From Octopus sinensis (lineage: Eukaryota), in the NCBI RefSeq assembly GCF_006345805.1, contig NC_043008.1, positions 70,246,001 to 70,310,000 on the forward strand: DNA of 64,000 nt, written 5' to 3'. The notes beneath the pieces are model-generated. The model worked only from the letters and a program-made list of their open reading frames with translations. It made no database searches and was not told where the DNA came from. Below, piece by piece: positions 1 to 13,429 of this stretch; the stretch's first letter is position 1, and every line of letters begins with the position of its first letter. The translations under genes were made by a program, and so were the position numbers.

Positions 1-435
1 CATGTATCGCCAAGTAATTCTTCAGGTTCTGTTTATGCATTATATTCATTTTGAAAAACAGGGATTGTGTTTCTGTCTCAGAGACTTTGGATATATTTTC
101 TGTTATTTTGTTCTATACCAGCTGCATTAATTGTGGTTTCTGCAATCAAGGCAGACAGGGATCTTGGTTTTCTTCATTTTGTTTATTTCTTCTCGTTCCA
201 TTTTTCCAACAAACTTCTTCTCATTTTTCTTCTCTCTTATGTTCGCCTTGTCTAGCATCCTTGTTTTTAAAATATATCTAATGCATAAACAGAGCTTGAA
301 AGATTGGGTGGAGATAAATACCTTATTTTATAAGTATGCTAATTTAAAGTATCATAAAAGCATGAAACTATTGGTAGCTCTTTCAATTGTGTATTAAATT
401 AATACATGCACACACACATACACAAACACATGATA

Positions 436-590
436 GGCTTTTACTCAGTTTCCATCAACTAAAATCACTCAAAAAGCTTTGGTTGGCCCAGGGCTATCGA
501 AGAAGGCACCCAAGTTGCCACCCTGTAGGACTGAATCTGAATGCACAGGTTACAAAATGTGAGCTACCTAACCGAACAGTCATGCCTGTG
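436..590 (-). mobile_element. SINE family B, 5' fragment
   Basis: Reverse complement matches the head of the well-preserved copy at 27491-27861 (ggttcagtcc...cttgggcaagtgtcttc...ccaaagc). Confidence 0.55.
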
Positions 591-769
591 CTTGTATCAA
601 TAAAATAATAAACAGGTCCAAGATTCCATTGAAATATTTGTTTTTAATAATAACGGCTGAAAAATACCCAGTATTATTTCATATCATGGTGTCTTTGATA
701 TTGAATATTTCCTGTGATTCAGATATCACCTAACTTTTACATATTTCAAGTCCTGTGAGATAACACTTG

Positions 770-1173
770 CATCCACATATATATGCACACACGTATTCAT
801 AAGTTGTTTTGGTGTACACATATGCAAAACACACATATACATATATGCAAATACATACATTCATACATAATATGTATGTATATTCGTTTGTGTATGTGTA
901 TACACACACATATGTACACATGTAACTCCTTTGTCCCTCCATGCATATGTGTATATGTGTGGGTAAATTTGCATATACAAGAAATATCAAAAGTCCCGTG
1001 AGATATACATACATATACATTCTTCAACATGTTAGTGGATTTATGTATTCATGTCAGTATTCTCATCCCTATCTATCTATCTATCTATTTATCTTTCTAT
1101 CTATCTATCTATCTATCCATCTACACACATATGTACAAATATTTATTACACATATATATATATGTATATGTGA

Positions 1174-1214
<41 letters not shown>

Positions 1215-1300
1215 TTACGCAGACATGTTTATATCTGTATATAAATGTACATACATACATACATATATATTTACATAAACACAAAAAGATACTAAAATTT
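770..1300. repeat. Compound (CA)/(TA)/(TATC) microsatellite cluster
   Basis: Runs of ca/ta dinucleotides, (ctat)n at ~1070-1120 and pure (ta)n at ~1175-1210. Confidence 0.9.
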
Positions 1301-1769
1301 TTACATAAAAATAAGCAAATTTTTCCCATTTTCCCAGAACGTGTTTGCAAGAATTGAATTCTATATGTTTCAGGAACACAGGAATTTTACCATTTTATGG
1401 CATAATCTTCTTTAAGAGTTGATACTTATGTAGGTACATTCGGAAATATAGCATTATTTACAATGGAACATGATCAGATTAATATTAAGACAGAACTAAA
1501 AGAAAGCAAAAGAATGGCAGATAAATATACACAACAACAAAATTGGCAAAATTAATAAAACAATAATAATAATAGTCATGATAATAATAATAATGATAAT
1601 AATGATTTCTTTTTATAATGATAATAATAATAGTAATAATAAAAACAGGAATATAGGCGATTTAAAAGTTAATTCTTGCCATTATTTATGAAGTTTAGTT
1701 TTATCAATATTTTCAATCAAATTGGAAAAATGGAGTAGTTTTTCACTTTGAGAATCTTCCATTATCTTA

Positions 1770-1801
1770 TGTGTGTCACTGTATGTATTTGTATGTCTGT
1801 A

Positions 1802-1841
<40 letters not shown>

Positions 1842-2110
1842 TATATACATATATATTATATATATTTCTTTTAAATTTTACATGTATATATATCAATAAT
1901 TAGTATTCTTATATAAGTAAGTATGTATTGTTGAATATATATGTCTTCATCTATATCAGTATGTATTTGTCTATCACATTTACACACACACCAAAAACAC
2001 ACACACACACACTTAGTTCTCAAGAAATCTATGTCAGAAAAATATGCTCTCATATACACACATATTTGTCAACAGTGTGTGTGTGTGTATGTATATATAT
2101 ATATATATAT
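1770..2110. repeat. Compound (GT)/(TA)/(CA) microsatellites
   Basis: Direct reading of the sequence. Confidence 0.85.
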
Positions 2111-2429
2111 ACCCTCACCACCCATAGCATACCCTTCCAGTTTCTTTCACCATCACTTGTTATCTCTAAATATCTCCCCTTGCACTCTTATAGAACATCT
2201 TCTCAGTCCCCTCTGTACCACTTATACTACCACACACTGTTCCCTGTGGGTAGGCCTTCTAATTCTGATTTCTCTGTCTTTCTTTCTCTCTCTCTCACCT
2301 ATCTCTTCTTCCTTGTCCTAACAGGGTTGCCAAGTATCTCCTGTGTAATAAAACTGCTATCCCTGTCTCTCTATAATACTCCAGCCTCTCACCTGGCACA
2401 TGCCCCCCTCTCTCAATGCTCTCCCTCTC

Positions 2430-2700
2430 CCAGCTGAGATGGCCTTGTCTTGCAAGCTACATGGTGGCCCCATGGGTGCTGGTGCCACATACAAAGCAGC
2501 CCTGCTAGTAACACATAAAAAGCACCCATGCTGACACTACATAAAAAGCATCCACCGCACTTTATAAAGTGGTTGGCATTAGGAAGGTCATGCACCCATG
2601 GGAACCATGCCAAAACAGGCGACTGAAGTCTGGTGCAGCCTTCCAGCTTGTCAGCTCCTTTCAAACTGTCCAGCCTATTTTAGTATGGTAAATGGAAATG
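2430..2700 (+). mobile_element. RTE-type 3' UTR/tail repeat (family D)
   Basis: Contains the ggtgccacata...aaagcaccc...aaagtggttggcattaggaagg...tgtccagcctattttagtatgg block also seen at 9445-9670, 6385-6570 and 55296-55601. Confidence 0.6.
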
Positions 2701-3599
2701 AAAGAAATAAACAAATATATATACATACATGCATATATATATACACACACACACGCACACAGAGTACCTCTACTGATCTGCAGTTCTACATATGCAGTCC
2801 CGGTTCTTCACGGAACTAATAATTGTTCACGGAAACCTCCACATATTCATAGAATTGTAAATATTGTCAGCAATATTTTATGGCATTTTTCGTGGCAAAA
2901 TATATTTTATATCACACTTCAGCTAAATTATTAATAACAATCAATATAGTGTTTTTGCCAGCTTACTGGACACCCCTTCACAGCTGAAGCTCCCTCTGAT
3001 TAGAATAGCCATGTATCACGTTGCTTGATTGTTTTAGATACAAGTACACTGTATCTTGTATCTCTTATTCCTGCTTCCAATCAAAGCTTTCTAATTAGTA
3101 TAGCGACATCTATCTATATTTCACGCATACACACTCTCTCTCCCTCTTTCGTTATATTTATCGCTTAACAACACCTGCTCATTGTAGTGAAAGTATATAT
3201 ATATATACAAAGTATGGAGGTTTAGTTCACAGGTGATCTAAACGATTAGGTATGTTAGGTAAGTGCTGTAATGGATTACTAGGGCTCAAAGGTTATAGCC
3301 AAGACAGTAGTTAGAGAGCCATTGCAGATTTCTGATGCACTGGATATATATTTGTTAAACAGGATCTAAAACATTAAGGCAAGGCAAATATCTCAAGTCA
3401 TATACAATATTATTATAGGAAGAAATTCAAAATTTTACAGCTGTTTCTGGGATATCCCCGAGTATGGAATACTCCGCCATCAGAGACAAATTGGGGGTGG
3501 GGGTGGATATGAAAAATGAGAATGGTACATATTAATAAAATGACAACATAGAGGAAGGGAGTAAAAGAATAAGGAGATGGAAAGAGATAAGAAAAAAGA

Positions 3600-5054
3600 A
3601 GCATAAAAGTTTATAGTTCAACTTTCCAAAGTTATAGAAACCAGAGTATGAGTCTTTAGGTGCAATCCTGCATAGATCCATAAGCGTAAGGACTACTGTA
3701 GCTGTAAATTTCTGTGAAAGTGCCAAAAAGATAATGCTAGTGAGAAATAAGCACTTCATGAGGATGGAATCTGCTTTGGCATTGTGGATCAGTGACTGCA
3801 TGAAGAAAAATATCCCTTTGAGTCGTAACATCATTTGCGAGAAAGCACTGAAATTATACCAGGATTTATCTACAAGTCTGCGAACCTGATGGCCTTAAAA
3901 AATAAGAATAAAAACTTGCTGGCTGTCCACTAGATGCACAACCCCAAGGCCTGGATTACCACAAGTCTAACTTTGAATTGGTTCCACCAATGCTTTATCC
4001 CTGAAGCCAAGGAATACCTCCAAAACGTGTGCATAGAATTCAAGCTGTTTCTTGTTATGGATAAAGCTGGTGGTGACTCTTTGGATTTGAATCTTGAGGG
4101 AACCCAAGTGAAGTTGCTCCCTGCCAATACCACCTTCATTCAGCCTATGGATCAAGGCATGATCCATGCCTTCATGACACTTTACATTCAGAACTCTCTA
4201 ATACCTTGTGCATGCAATGGATTTGAATGAGAATTTCAAGTTAGTGGTGTACTGGTGTAACTTCATAATTGCAACATGCCTGTCTGCCATCCATGCTACT
4301 CTTAAAGACATGTAAAAAGAAACCCTCATCACATGCTAGAAGAATATGTGACCAGAGTAGGTCCAGGACTACGAGGGCTTCTCACCAGAAGATATTCAGC
4401 ATGAGGTGGTCAACAATGGCAAAGGTACTTGGTGGCAAAGGTTTTGACAACGTCATGCAAGATGAGGTCATCAACGTCCACTTCGAAACCCTGACAGACA
4501 AAGATTTGTCGGAGTTAACGAAGCCTGCCAGCGAAGAGGAGGATGAGTTGGGTCTGGCACTCGAACGTCTGTCCAATCTTTTAAGGACAGGAAACGAAGT
4601 GCAAGGGAAGGCAAAAGCATGGGATCCCTATATGGTTCAGTCTCTCCAATTGAAAAATGCCGTAGATGCTGCTATGCAGACATATAAAACTCCCCTCATC
4701 ACCATGAAGAAACAACGACCACAACTTCCCCTCACAATGTTCCTCAAGCCCACCAAGAAAGCCTTGGATATGACATCCCCTAAAACACCTGAAGAACTTT
4801 AAATCTTCTTTGCTGTGCAGTCATTACCTTCATTATTTTCATCATCATCGTCTTAAATCAATATCATTCATTGTTGGTGACTAACCTTACATTTTAGTTT
4901 ATTCTTTATTAAATTATTATTAAATATTATACATATACTATGTCATATTTTGACATTTATGGGCATTTTTTTGAACCACATCCCATATTCTTGGTTTTTC
5001 ACTACTTGCAGGTGGTCTAGGAATGTAACCCCTGTGAATACTAGGGGACTACTG
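3600..5054 (+). mobile_element. Tigger/pogo-like DNA transposon remnant with a disrupted, internally deleted transposase and one intact right TIR
   Basis: 3680-3870 translates VRTTVAVNFCESAKKIMLVRNKHFMRMESALALWISDCMKKNIPLSRNIICEKALKLY (CENP-B-type HTH). 3895-4230 translates ALKNKNKNLLAVH*MHNPKAWIT...FKLFLVMDKAGG...LLPANTTFIQPMDQG (DDE_1 domain of TIGD1/Tigger type). The C-terminal part is in ORF 4269-4802. The right end reads CAGTAGTCCCCTAGTATTCACAGGGGTTACATTCCTAGACCACC on the minus strand and is followed by TA at 5055-5056. No left TIR was found. Confidence 0.9.
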
Positions 5055-5442
5055 TATGTATATATACATATATTCCAAGTGTAAGGAATGGAGTAGATAA
5101 AATCTAGGCTGCATGTGTTTTATATCTAGCAGAACATGAGAAGTAGTAATCACCCAAGCAAGGGTATTTTTATTCTCATACATTGCAACCCCAGCAGCTA
5201 ACCGTGAACTATAAAATAAAATTTTCCAGCTTATCAAACTTCAATAGGGGCAAAATTTACAACTTTTTACATCAATAAACCACTACAGCTCCTGAAAGTT
5301 GTTTTTTATACTTTCAATGAACTGCTCGAAGCTTATTAACTTCCTACACTGTGATTCTTGAATCTTACCTTTACACACACACATGCACACACTCTTGTTA
5401 AACCATCGAAACTATGCCAACATGGAAGATTGACATTAAATG

Positions 5443-5485
<43 letters not shown>

Positions 5486-5534
5486 TGTTGTTGGCATCCT
5501 TTTTATCTCAAGAGACAATGGAGTTGCGCATAAA

Positions 5535-6027
5535 ATAATCTAGTCTGGTTTTTACATTTCATGTCTTAATACATCTGGTGTGGCTATGTAGTGCTATCCT
5601 GGACAAACCCTCCCTCTGGCAGGTGCTGCAAATGTAGTGAAGACTGTTCCTGGCTGGTTGTAATGTCATAGTTTCTTGTTGACGTCTTTTCTTGTCTTTC
5701 CATTTCTCCTCTCTCTCTGTCACTCCTTTGTGGTCCCTCTTTTACTGTACGTCGCCAATCTCCACGGTTGCTGGCAACTGCTCCCCAGTTGCTAATATTG
5801 ATGTTGAAGGCCTTCATGTCCCTTTTTCAAACATCCTTGTATCATAAGAACGGTCATCCAGCTGACCTAGTGCCCCCAGCAAGCTCTCCGTAGAGTATTT
5901 CCTTGGAGATTCTGCCATCTTCCATACGGCTAACATGTCCAAGCCATCTCATACGTCTTTGTGTGAGGAGAGAAAACATGCTTGGTATTCCTGCTTGCTT
6001 GAGGACATCTTTGTTGGGGACATGATT
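5535..6027 (-). mobile_element. RTE-clade LINE, 5'-truncated 3' end
   Basis: Minus strand reads WQNHVPNKDVLKQAGIPSMFSLLTQRRMRWLGHVSRMEDGRISKEILYGELAGGTRSAG*P...RDMKAFNINISNWGAVASNRGDWR, then YICSTCQRGGLSRIALHSHTRC (the terminal CCHH-like finger typical of RTE ORFs). In-frame stops are present. Confidence 0.9.
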
Positions 6028-6099
6028 CTGCCTCTAAATATACATGATTTATGTACTTATATATGTTTATAACTGGGCCTTTTTCAGTTTTCATCAACA

Positions 6100-6215
6100 A
6101 AATCCACTGCTGTTGGCCTGGGGTTATAGTAGAAGGCATCTGCACTAAGTGCCATGCAGTAGGACTGAAACAATACCATGTGGTTGGGAAGATAACTCAT
6201 TAACTACTCACCCAT
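6100..6215 (-). mobile_element. SINE family B head
   Basis: Matches the reverse complement of 27491-27600. Confidence 0.6.
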
Positions 6216-6276
6216 GGCTGCAAATATATACACACACATATAAATGGATACATACGATCAGACAAGCATCTACACA

Positions 6277-6324
<48 letters not shown>

Positions 6325-6344
6325 TGTGTGTGTGTATATGCTTA

Positions 6345-6384
<40 letters not shown>

Positions 6385-6386
<2 letters not shown>

Positions 6387-6570
6387 GATGTGTTGGTGCC
6401 ACATAAAAAGCACCAAGCCAACTCTGCAACTCTGCAGAGTAGTTGGTATTAGGAAAGGCATCCAGCCATAAAAGCCAAGGCAAAACATGCACAGAAGCCT
6501 GGCACAGGCTCCTGCCTGGCCAACTCCTATCAGCTCCTATTATCATGTTAAATGATAATAAAGATGACGA
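6385..6570 (+). mobile_element. RTE-type tail repeat (family D)
   Basis: ggtgccacataaaaagcacc...gttggtattaggaaggcatccagcc...atgttaaatgataataaagatgacgat tail. Confidence 0.55.
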
Positions 6571-6919
6571 TATGCATGTATATATATATATATATGTATG
6601 CGTGTGGGTGGGTGTTTGTGTGTGTGTGTGTCTGTAATTTATATATTTGTTGTGGGTATGCAATATATCTATTATATATCAGTTTTCATATCTGTTATAT
6701 GCCTGTTGTGTATTCCAGATATATTCACTGTATATTTATTATATATCTGTGATATAATCTATATACATCTCTGATATACTATGTTTTTTGTTGTTTTTTT
6801 TCTCTGTTTAAAATTTGGTACTTGCTATGTGTTCAAGCTCTGTGTCTTATATGTTATATCTATCTCACATGTCTGTCAGATGACTTTTGTATCTTTACTA
6901 TATGTTTGCTATATGTCTT

Positions 6920-6926
6920 TTATATG

Positions 6927-6961
<35 letters not shown>

Positions 6962-7076
6962 TATATATTATATATATATATATATATACATACATAATAT
7001 ATATATATACATACATATATATATATACTATATATATATATACACATACATATATATATACATATATATATATATA

Positions 7077-7114
<38 letters not shown>

Positions 7115-7270
7115 CATATATATATATACATATATATACATATATATACATATATACACATACATATATATATATATATCTATATATATATATATATACA
7201 TACATATATATATATATATTATATATATATACATACATATATATATATATATTATACATACATACATACA

Positions 7271-7316
<46 letters not shown>

Positions 7317-7345
7317 TATATATATACACACACATATGCATACAT
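6920..7345. repeat. Long interrupted (TA)n microsatellite
   Basis: About 420 bp of TA with interspersed CA. Confidence 0.95.
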
Positions 7346-7416
7346 ATCTTTGTTATATTCCTTTTGCATATTTATTAGAGAGATAACTATATCTTTCCTC
7401 ATTGCACTCTCTCCCC

Positions 7417-7448
<32 letters not shown>

Positions 7449-7539
7449 TTCCTTCTTGATTTCTTCTTTCCTATTTCCATGTATTTTTCCCCTCTCCGTA
7501 TTTTGGTAATACCAACTTTGTCTTTGATCTTTGATTATG

Positions 7540-8060
7540 AGGGCTGATGTGTGTGCATGTTTGTGTGTGGGGTGCATTTGTTTGTGGGTGTATGTATATA
7601 TATATGTACATATATCTTTGAATGTATGTATAAATCTGTTAGCCTGTATAATATAGTTGAATATGTGTATATCTTAGTGTGTGCATATATATGTGTGCAA
7701 ATGTGTTTGTGTATATATATATATATAATATATATATATAATATATATATATATATATACATATGTATTTACATCCATATATATATATATATATATATAT
7801 ATTTCTGTATATGTGTGTGTATGTAGATGTATGTATGCAAAAATGTCTTTCTGGGTGTATGTACATATAAATATGTTAGTGTAAGTGTGTGTCTGTACGT
7901 GTGTGTATATATATATATGTGTGTGTGTATGTGTGTGTATGTATGTATGTGTGTGTGTGTTTGTGTATGTAAACACATTGCAAAGTGTATGTACATATGT
8001 ATGCATATTTTTGTGTCTGTTTGTGCATCGGTATGTAAATGAATGTTTATGTGTGTCCAT
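7540..8060. repeat. Compound (TG)/(TA) microsatellite
   Basis: Direct reading of the sequence. Confidence 0.85.
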
Positions 8061-8479
8061 TTGTTCATACGTTAAGCGAGATGTGATAGTATGCAGATAT
8101 GTTAGAAATGAGGGTTTGTGGCATGAGGAGTTGATAGAGTAAAAATGCTGTTGTTTAGCCCCAAATCACTCACAACGATGCAGTGGAGGCATTTAACACT
8201 TTCCCCTATTAAGTAGTTAATCATATAGAGAAACTATTCATCTCTTACAGTAAACAAATATATTCATATATGTATCTATTGTTTGTAAATATATGTGTGT
8301 GTGTGTTATACAGACACATATACACAAAGGAATTCTGGGTGAATTCCCAGCTGTATGTATCCCTGTATATTGTTGGAACAGTTTAATTTATTTTATGATA
8401 TCAACAATGTGATATCATCAATCTTCTATCACATTGTTGTAGAGCGAAATATATCTGTCAGTTATATTAATCACTATAA

Positions 8480-8692
8480 ATATATATATATATATGTATT
8501 TATATGTTCATATGTATATATGTATGTGTGCATATGTATATATGTATGTGTGCATATATATATATAAATATATATGTATGTATGCGTGCATATATATATA
8601 TGTATATATGTATGCATGCATATATGTGTGTGTATATATATATATATATGCATATATATATATATATATGCATATATACATATATATATATA
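8480..8692. repeat. Compound (TA)/(TG) microsatellite
   Basis: Direct reading of the sequence. Confidence 0.9.
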
Positions 8693-9057
8693 TCTCTCTC
8701 TATATACGGCAGTTTGTCTGTGCGTGTTTCTGTGTGTCTGTTTTCTCGTACCCTCACCCTGACCACGGCTTTCAACCGATTATGATATTGACAACACATA
8801 GCCCAATGTCATAATTCAAAACTACGCAGCGAAAATTTTGAAAAGTTCCCCCAGTTCTGAAAAAAATCGATAAATTCGACATGGGGTCGAGAATAAACCA
8901 CGACTGTCTAGGGGACGCAACTCAACCTTTTATTACTCTCAAAAAAAAAATTTACCATCATTTTTTTCCATTTTTTTTGCTATTTTGTATAACTCTCTAA
9001 AAATGCTTTATAGTTATTTCCCTTACAAACCTGAGCAACGCCGGGCGATACTGCTAG
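8693..9057 (+). mobile_element. Non-autonomous Helitron (~365 bp)
   Basis: Begins with TC after a host A. Ends with a GC-rich hairpin (cctgagcaacgccggg, ~9030-9045) followed by CTAG (9054-9057) and a host T. These are the canonical Helitron termini with A|T insertion. The element retains many CpGs. Confidence 0.75.
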
Positions 9058-9269
9058 TATATATATATATATATACACATAGATATATATATGCACACAT
9101 GCATATATATATGTGTGTGTGTATGTGTGTGTGTATGTGATTGTCTATACCTATATTTTTCTTAAGGATTTACTTACTTGTGAAGTGACTTCAGATCTCT
9201 CTTGATTTCTCTCTCTCACTCACTCCCACACACATACGCATGCACACACACACACATGCTCACTAACCT

Positions 9270-9316
9270 TCACCTGATGAAGCGTAGCAGTTTGAAACCT
9301 AGAAGTGACTGACCAA
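9270..9316 (+). ncRNA. Degenerate hammerhead-ribozyme-like motif (copy H1)
   Basis: CTGATGA(9274-9280)-agcgtagcagttt-GAAAC-ctagaa-GTG-actg. Same layout as copies H2-H5, but the cleavage triplet is GTG and stem I is broken. Confidence 0.35.
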
Positions 9317-9444
9317 CCCTCTTTTTGTAAAAGTATAAGAAATATGTACTCTACAAATTGTATTCAGTAATTCTTCAATTTAATATTTCATTGTTTTTAT
9401 TATAAATTGATATAACAACAAACATTAATATATTATCATCAGCA

Positions 9445-10030
9445 TCATTATCATTTAATGTCTGTTATCCATGTTGGCATGTGTTGGACGGTTTGACTAA
9501 GGCTGGCATGTTGGAAGCTCGTACCAGACTCACACCTGATTTGGCATGGTTTCTACGGCTGGATGCACTTCCTTATGACAACCACTCTGAAAATGTAATG
9601 GATCGTTTTATGTGCCACCAGTATGGGTACCGGTTGTGTGACACCAGTATCTGCTACAGGTTGGCTTGATGGGTCTTCTTCACAAGCACAGCATAATGCC
9701 AAAGATTTCAGACATTTGTCATTGACTCCGTGAGGTCCATCAGTCGAAAGGTACTTTTCACATGCCACCGGCATCAGCCACAATGCTTCTGTGAGGCCCA
9801 ATGCTCGAAAAGTGCTTTTCACATGCCAGTTATGTAACACCAGCATTGTCTATGACTACAATTTCACTTGGTTTGCCAAAAGTCTCAGTCACTGGTCATT
9901 GCCACTATGAGGCCCAATGTTCAAAGATCATACTTCACCACCTTGTCTCACATCTTCCTGGGTCTACCTCCACTACAGGTTCCCTCCACTGTTAAAAATC
10001 AGCACTTCTTTACACAGATGTCTTTGTCCA
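9445..10030 (-). mobile_element. RTE LINE 3' end (end of ORF, tandemly repeated 3' UTR and (GAT)n tail)
   Basis: Minus strand near 9930-10010 encodes VEGTCSGGRPRKMWDKVV (RTE C-terminal motif). Short tandem units (tgcttttcacatgcca) follow, then the ...catgccaacatggataacagacattaaatgataatgatgctgatg tail. Confidence 0.75.
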
Positions 10031-10559
10031 TACACATTAATATATGTCTGTATATATGTGTGTGTGTGCGTGTGTGTGACATGTATATTTTATGTAGTTG
10101 TTGATTATAGTCAGTCAAACTGTTGCCATACATATATGTATATGTACACACACACATTTATATAGGAGAAAGAGAGTGAGTGTGTGTGTGTTAGGTGTAC
10201 ACAAATACTCAGTATTTGAAACCCCATGCATTCCTTTATGTTAAAAAAACAGAATCTGTGCTGAGAATTCATATATTCAGTTGAAGTTTCTTGTTACTGG
10301 AATCCATGGTGATAAAGAACACAGCAGAATATACATAGAAAATTCATGAGCAGAGAGTGAGATTTGAAAGTATTTAATTGTCATTCTTACATGTGTTTCA
10401 TTGAGGATTTAAGGCTGAATTATATCATCCTGCCTGATGTACATTGGGCCAAGATTAGGTAATCCAGCATTAGAAGCACCACTGGAATACATGTAAGTAT
10501 GATATAAGTGGATGACCTCAGAACTAACTCTCCAGTTTTGTTTCTTTTATACATTCACA

Positions 10560-10937
10560 GACACACGTACTCACACTGCAAATGTACACATGCAGATATA
10601 TATATATATGTGTATGTGTGTGTGTGTATACATATATATGTGTAAGTATGTATAAGCCTGTATGTATTTATAATACACACACACATATATATTGATATAT
10701 GTGTTTGTGTGTAGGTCTTTATAAGCAAGTATGTGTGTACGTATGTGTATATGTATGTATGAATGTATATGTATGTGTATATATATATATGTATGTGTAT
10801 ATATATATATACACATATATGTATATATATATATATATGAATGTATATGTATGTGTATATATATATATGTATATACATATATATAAATGTATATATATAC
10901 ATATATATAAATGTATATATACACATATATATACATG

Positions 10938-10975
<38 letters not shown>

Positions 10976-10980
10976 TGTAT
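10560..10980. repeat. Compound (TA)/(TG) microsatellite
   Basis: Direct reading of the sequence. Confidence 0.9.
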
Positions 10981-11089
10981 AGAATACCTTACAGACATTC
11001 ATATATTGATCAGACTACAATTATGGTCCATAGCTATGAATCTAGAATATTATAGAAGGAAGTTAAGTTAAACTTGGCCTGTTTTCATG

Positions 11090-11260
11090 CAAAATGAAAT
11101 CTTTGGAAGCACTGCTCACGTCTCAAGAGAATTTATCGTTAATATAATTTGCACAGAGAAAGCAGCAGCTGCACAGATAAAATGCGTTTCTACCCATATC
11201 GGTTTGGTTAGATTTGCTTGGCAGAGTGGCTTGCTAGAAATGGTTAGTGGATAGAATCAA
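11090..11260. other. CpG-retaining unique island with candidate exons on either strand
   Basis: Non-repetitive and CpG-rich relative to its flanks. Plus-strand acceptor at 11156/11157; minus-strand acceptor with a CACTAAC branch-like motif at 11233/11234. Confidence 0.3.
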
Positions 11261-12483
11261 TGAATATCAAAGAAACAAAAAATAAACAGCAACAACAGCA
11301 GAAAAAATGGGAAAAAAATATATGAAATAAAATAATGGTTAGACTTCTAAAATGTGAGCACTTCTGTTAGACGTTTCCTTGCAGTTTAGCCAGCTAACTT
11401 CGTTAAAGCTGCAAAAAAACTGGAAAAAAAAAAGAAAAAATATCGAAAAGGAAAAAAGAAATATTAGAAAATTTGTTGTGTTTTGTTTGTGTGTGTTTTC
11501 ATTAGATAATAATTGATAAATTTAATTTTTCAGCTGCTAAAAAATAGAAAAAAATAAAATTGAAAAGAGAAAAATATTTAAACAAAGGGGCGAAAAACAA
11601 ACATAAAAAAATGACAACAAATGAATTTATTATTTTTAGAAAAGGAAAATGAAGAAGAGGAATAATGAAAAACAAAGAAATCAACAATAAAATTATTAGG
11701 AATGTTTATTACATATTACACATACACACATATATATATATATATGGGTGCTTATTTACTTATCTTCTCTGTCTTACCATATATATGTATGTGTGTGTGT
11801 GTGTGTATAACTATGTATATATGTATATAAGTATGTATAAAAGCTCATACACTTATATAATATAGATATTTGATAATCACACACATATATACACATTTAT
11901 AGGTTTAAAATAGTGATGAGAATAGCAATACAGAATGCATATACATATGTGTAACATTATACACCTATATATTTCTTTATGAATATATATATGATCACAT
12001 GCCCGTGTATAATACATGTATGTATATATGTATGATTATGTGCATATGTGTATATATAATATATATTTATATGTGTGAATATATCATACACACACAGCAG
12101 CAGTGCCACCATTTTACAACCAATTCCCATGCTGGTATGTGTGTATACACCCATTACATACACATGCTTGCATGCACTCACAGAAATACACGTGCACGTT
12201 ATGTGTATATATGTGTAGATTGATTGCTTTTATGTGTATGTGTGTATTTTCAAAAAAAAAATGTCAGGTTTAAAAAACTTAAATGAAATGAAGTACAAAA
12301 AATAACAACAACAACTATATGAAAATTGTAGAAATAATGAAAAATATTAAATGTACAACTTTCATAATAAACAAAAACAAAAAAAATCAATAATTAATAA
12401 GAATATCAATCAAGAAATTGATAATCTCAGTAAGTTTACTTTCTATGGAGATTTAGTGAATTCTTTTTTAGATACACATGCAC

Positions 12484-12519
<36 letters not shown>

Positions 12520-12620
12520 CTGCTTACTTGTGTGTGTATATGTGTTTGTGCATGAATGTGTATATATACATATATACAGACACATACAGACATAAATAAT
12601 ATACATACATATGTATATCT

Positions 12621-12654
<34 letters not shown>

Positions 12655-13429
12655 GTGTATATTGTATGAAATAGAAAATGTCATTATGAGACAGGAGATC
12701 TAATCAACAGAATACAAAGCAATGAGGGAATCTTTTTTAAGAAATAACTTACTTAATTAACCCATTTATCACCTGCAAATTGTGATTTTATGTGTGTGTC
12801 TGTATACACACGTACACACACACGCACGCACACCTATACATACACACACGCACATATTCATTCATGCAGAAACATGCATATGTATGCACAAATACATATG
12901 CACACTCATATAGATGCATGCAGTATATGTAGAGATAGATACTCGTGCACGCGCACACACACACACACACACACACACATGAATATTGAATGATGATTTC
13001 ATTCTAGTTGATATAAAATGCATCTGCTTTTGGTACATTTGTCCTTTCCAGACAGTTTTTGTACCTAATCACAAGATGAATGATAGCTTTATGATATCGG
13101 TCATGGTGGTATTCTATCTTTTTTTACACGCCAGCTGATTAGAGTCACGTTTCTCAAAACACAGTATTCTGAAATAGACGTCTTCTATATTTTCTTTAAA
13201 TCACAGATCAGAATAGGAAGCTTTCTCTTTCTTCTCTTAGAATATTGCGCAATATAGTTACAAGAAATTATTCATAAGATAGTGAATCAGCAGAGGTGTT
13301 AGAATTCTAGATAGAATGCCTTATTGTATTTATTCTCGTTCTCTGTGCTCTGATTTCAAATCCTGCTACGGTTAAGTTTGTGTTTTATTCTTTGGGAGTC
13401 AATAAACATAAAAAGAAAAAAATCACCAA

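Noticed and set aside
1-270. Lys/Glu-rich reading on the minus strand and a 45-nt plus-strand ag/gt block (122-166)
   Set aside because: The frames contain stops, the donor (gttttc) is weak, and no homology was recognised.
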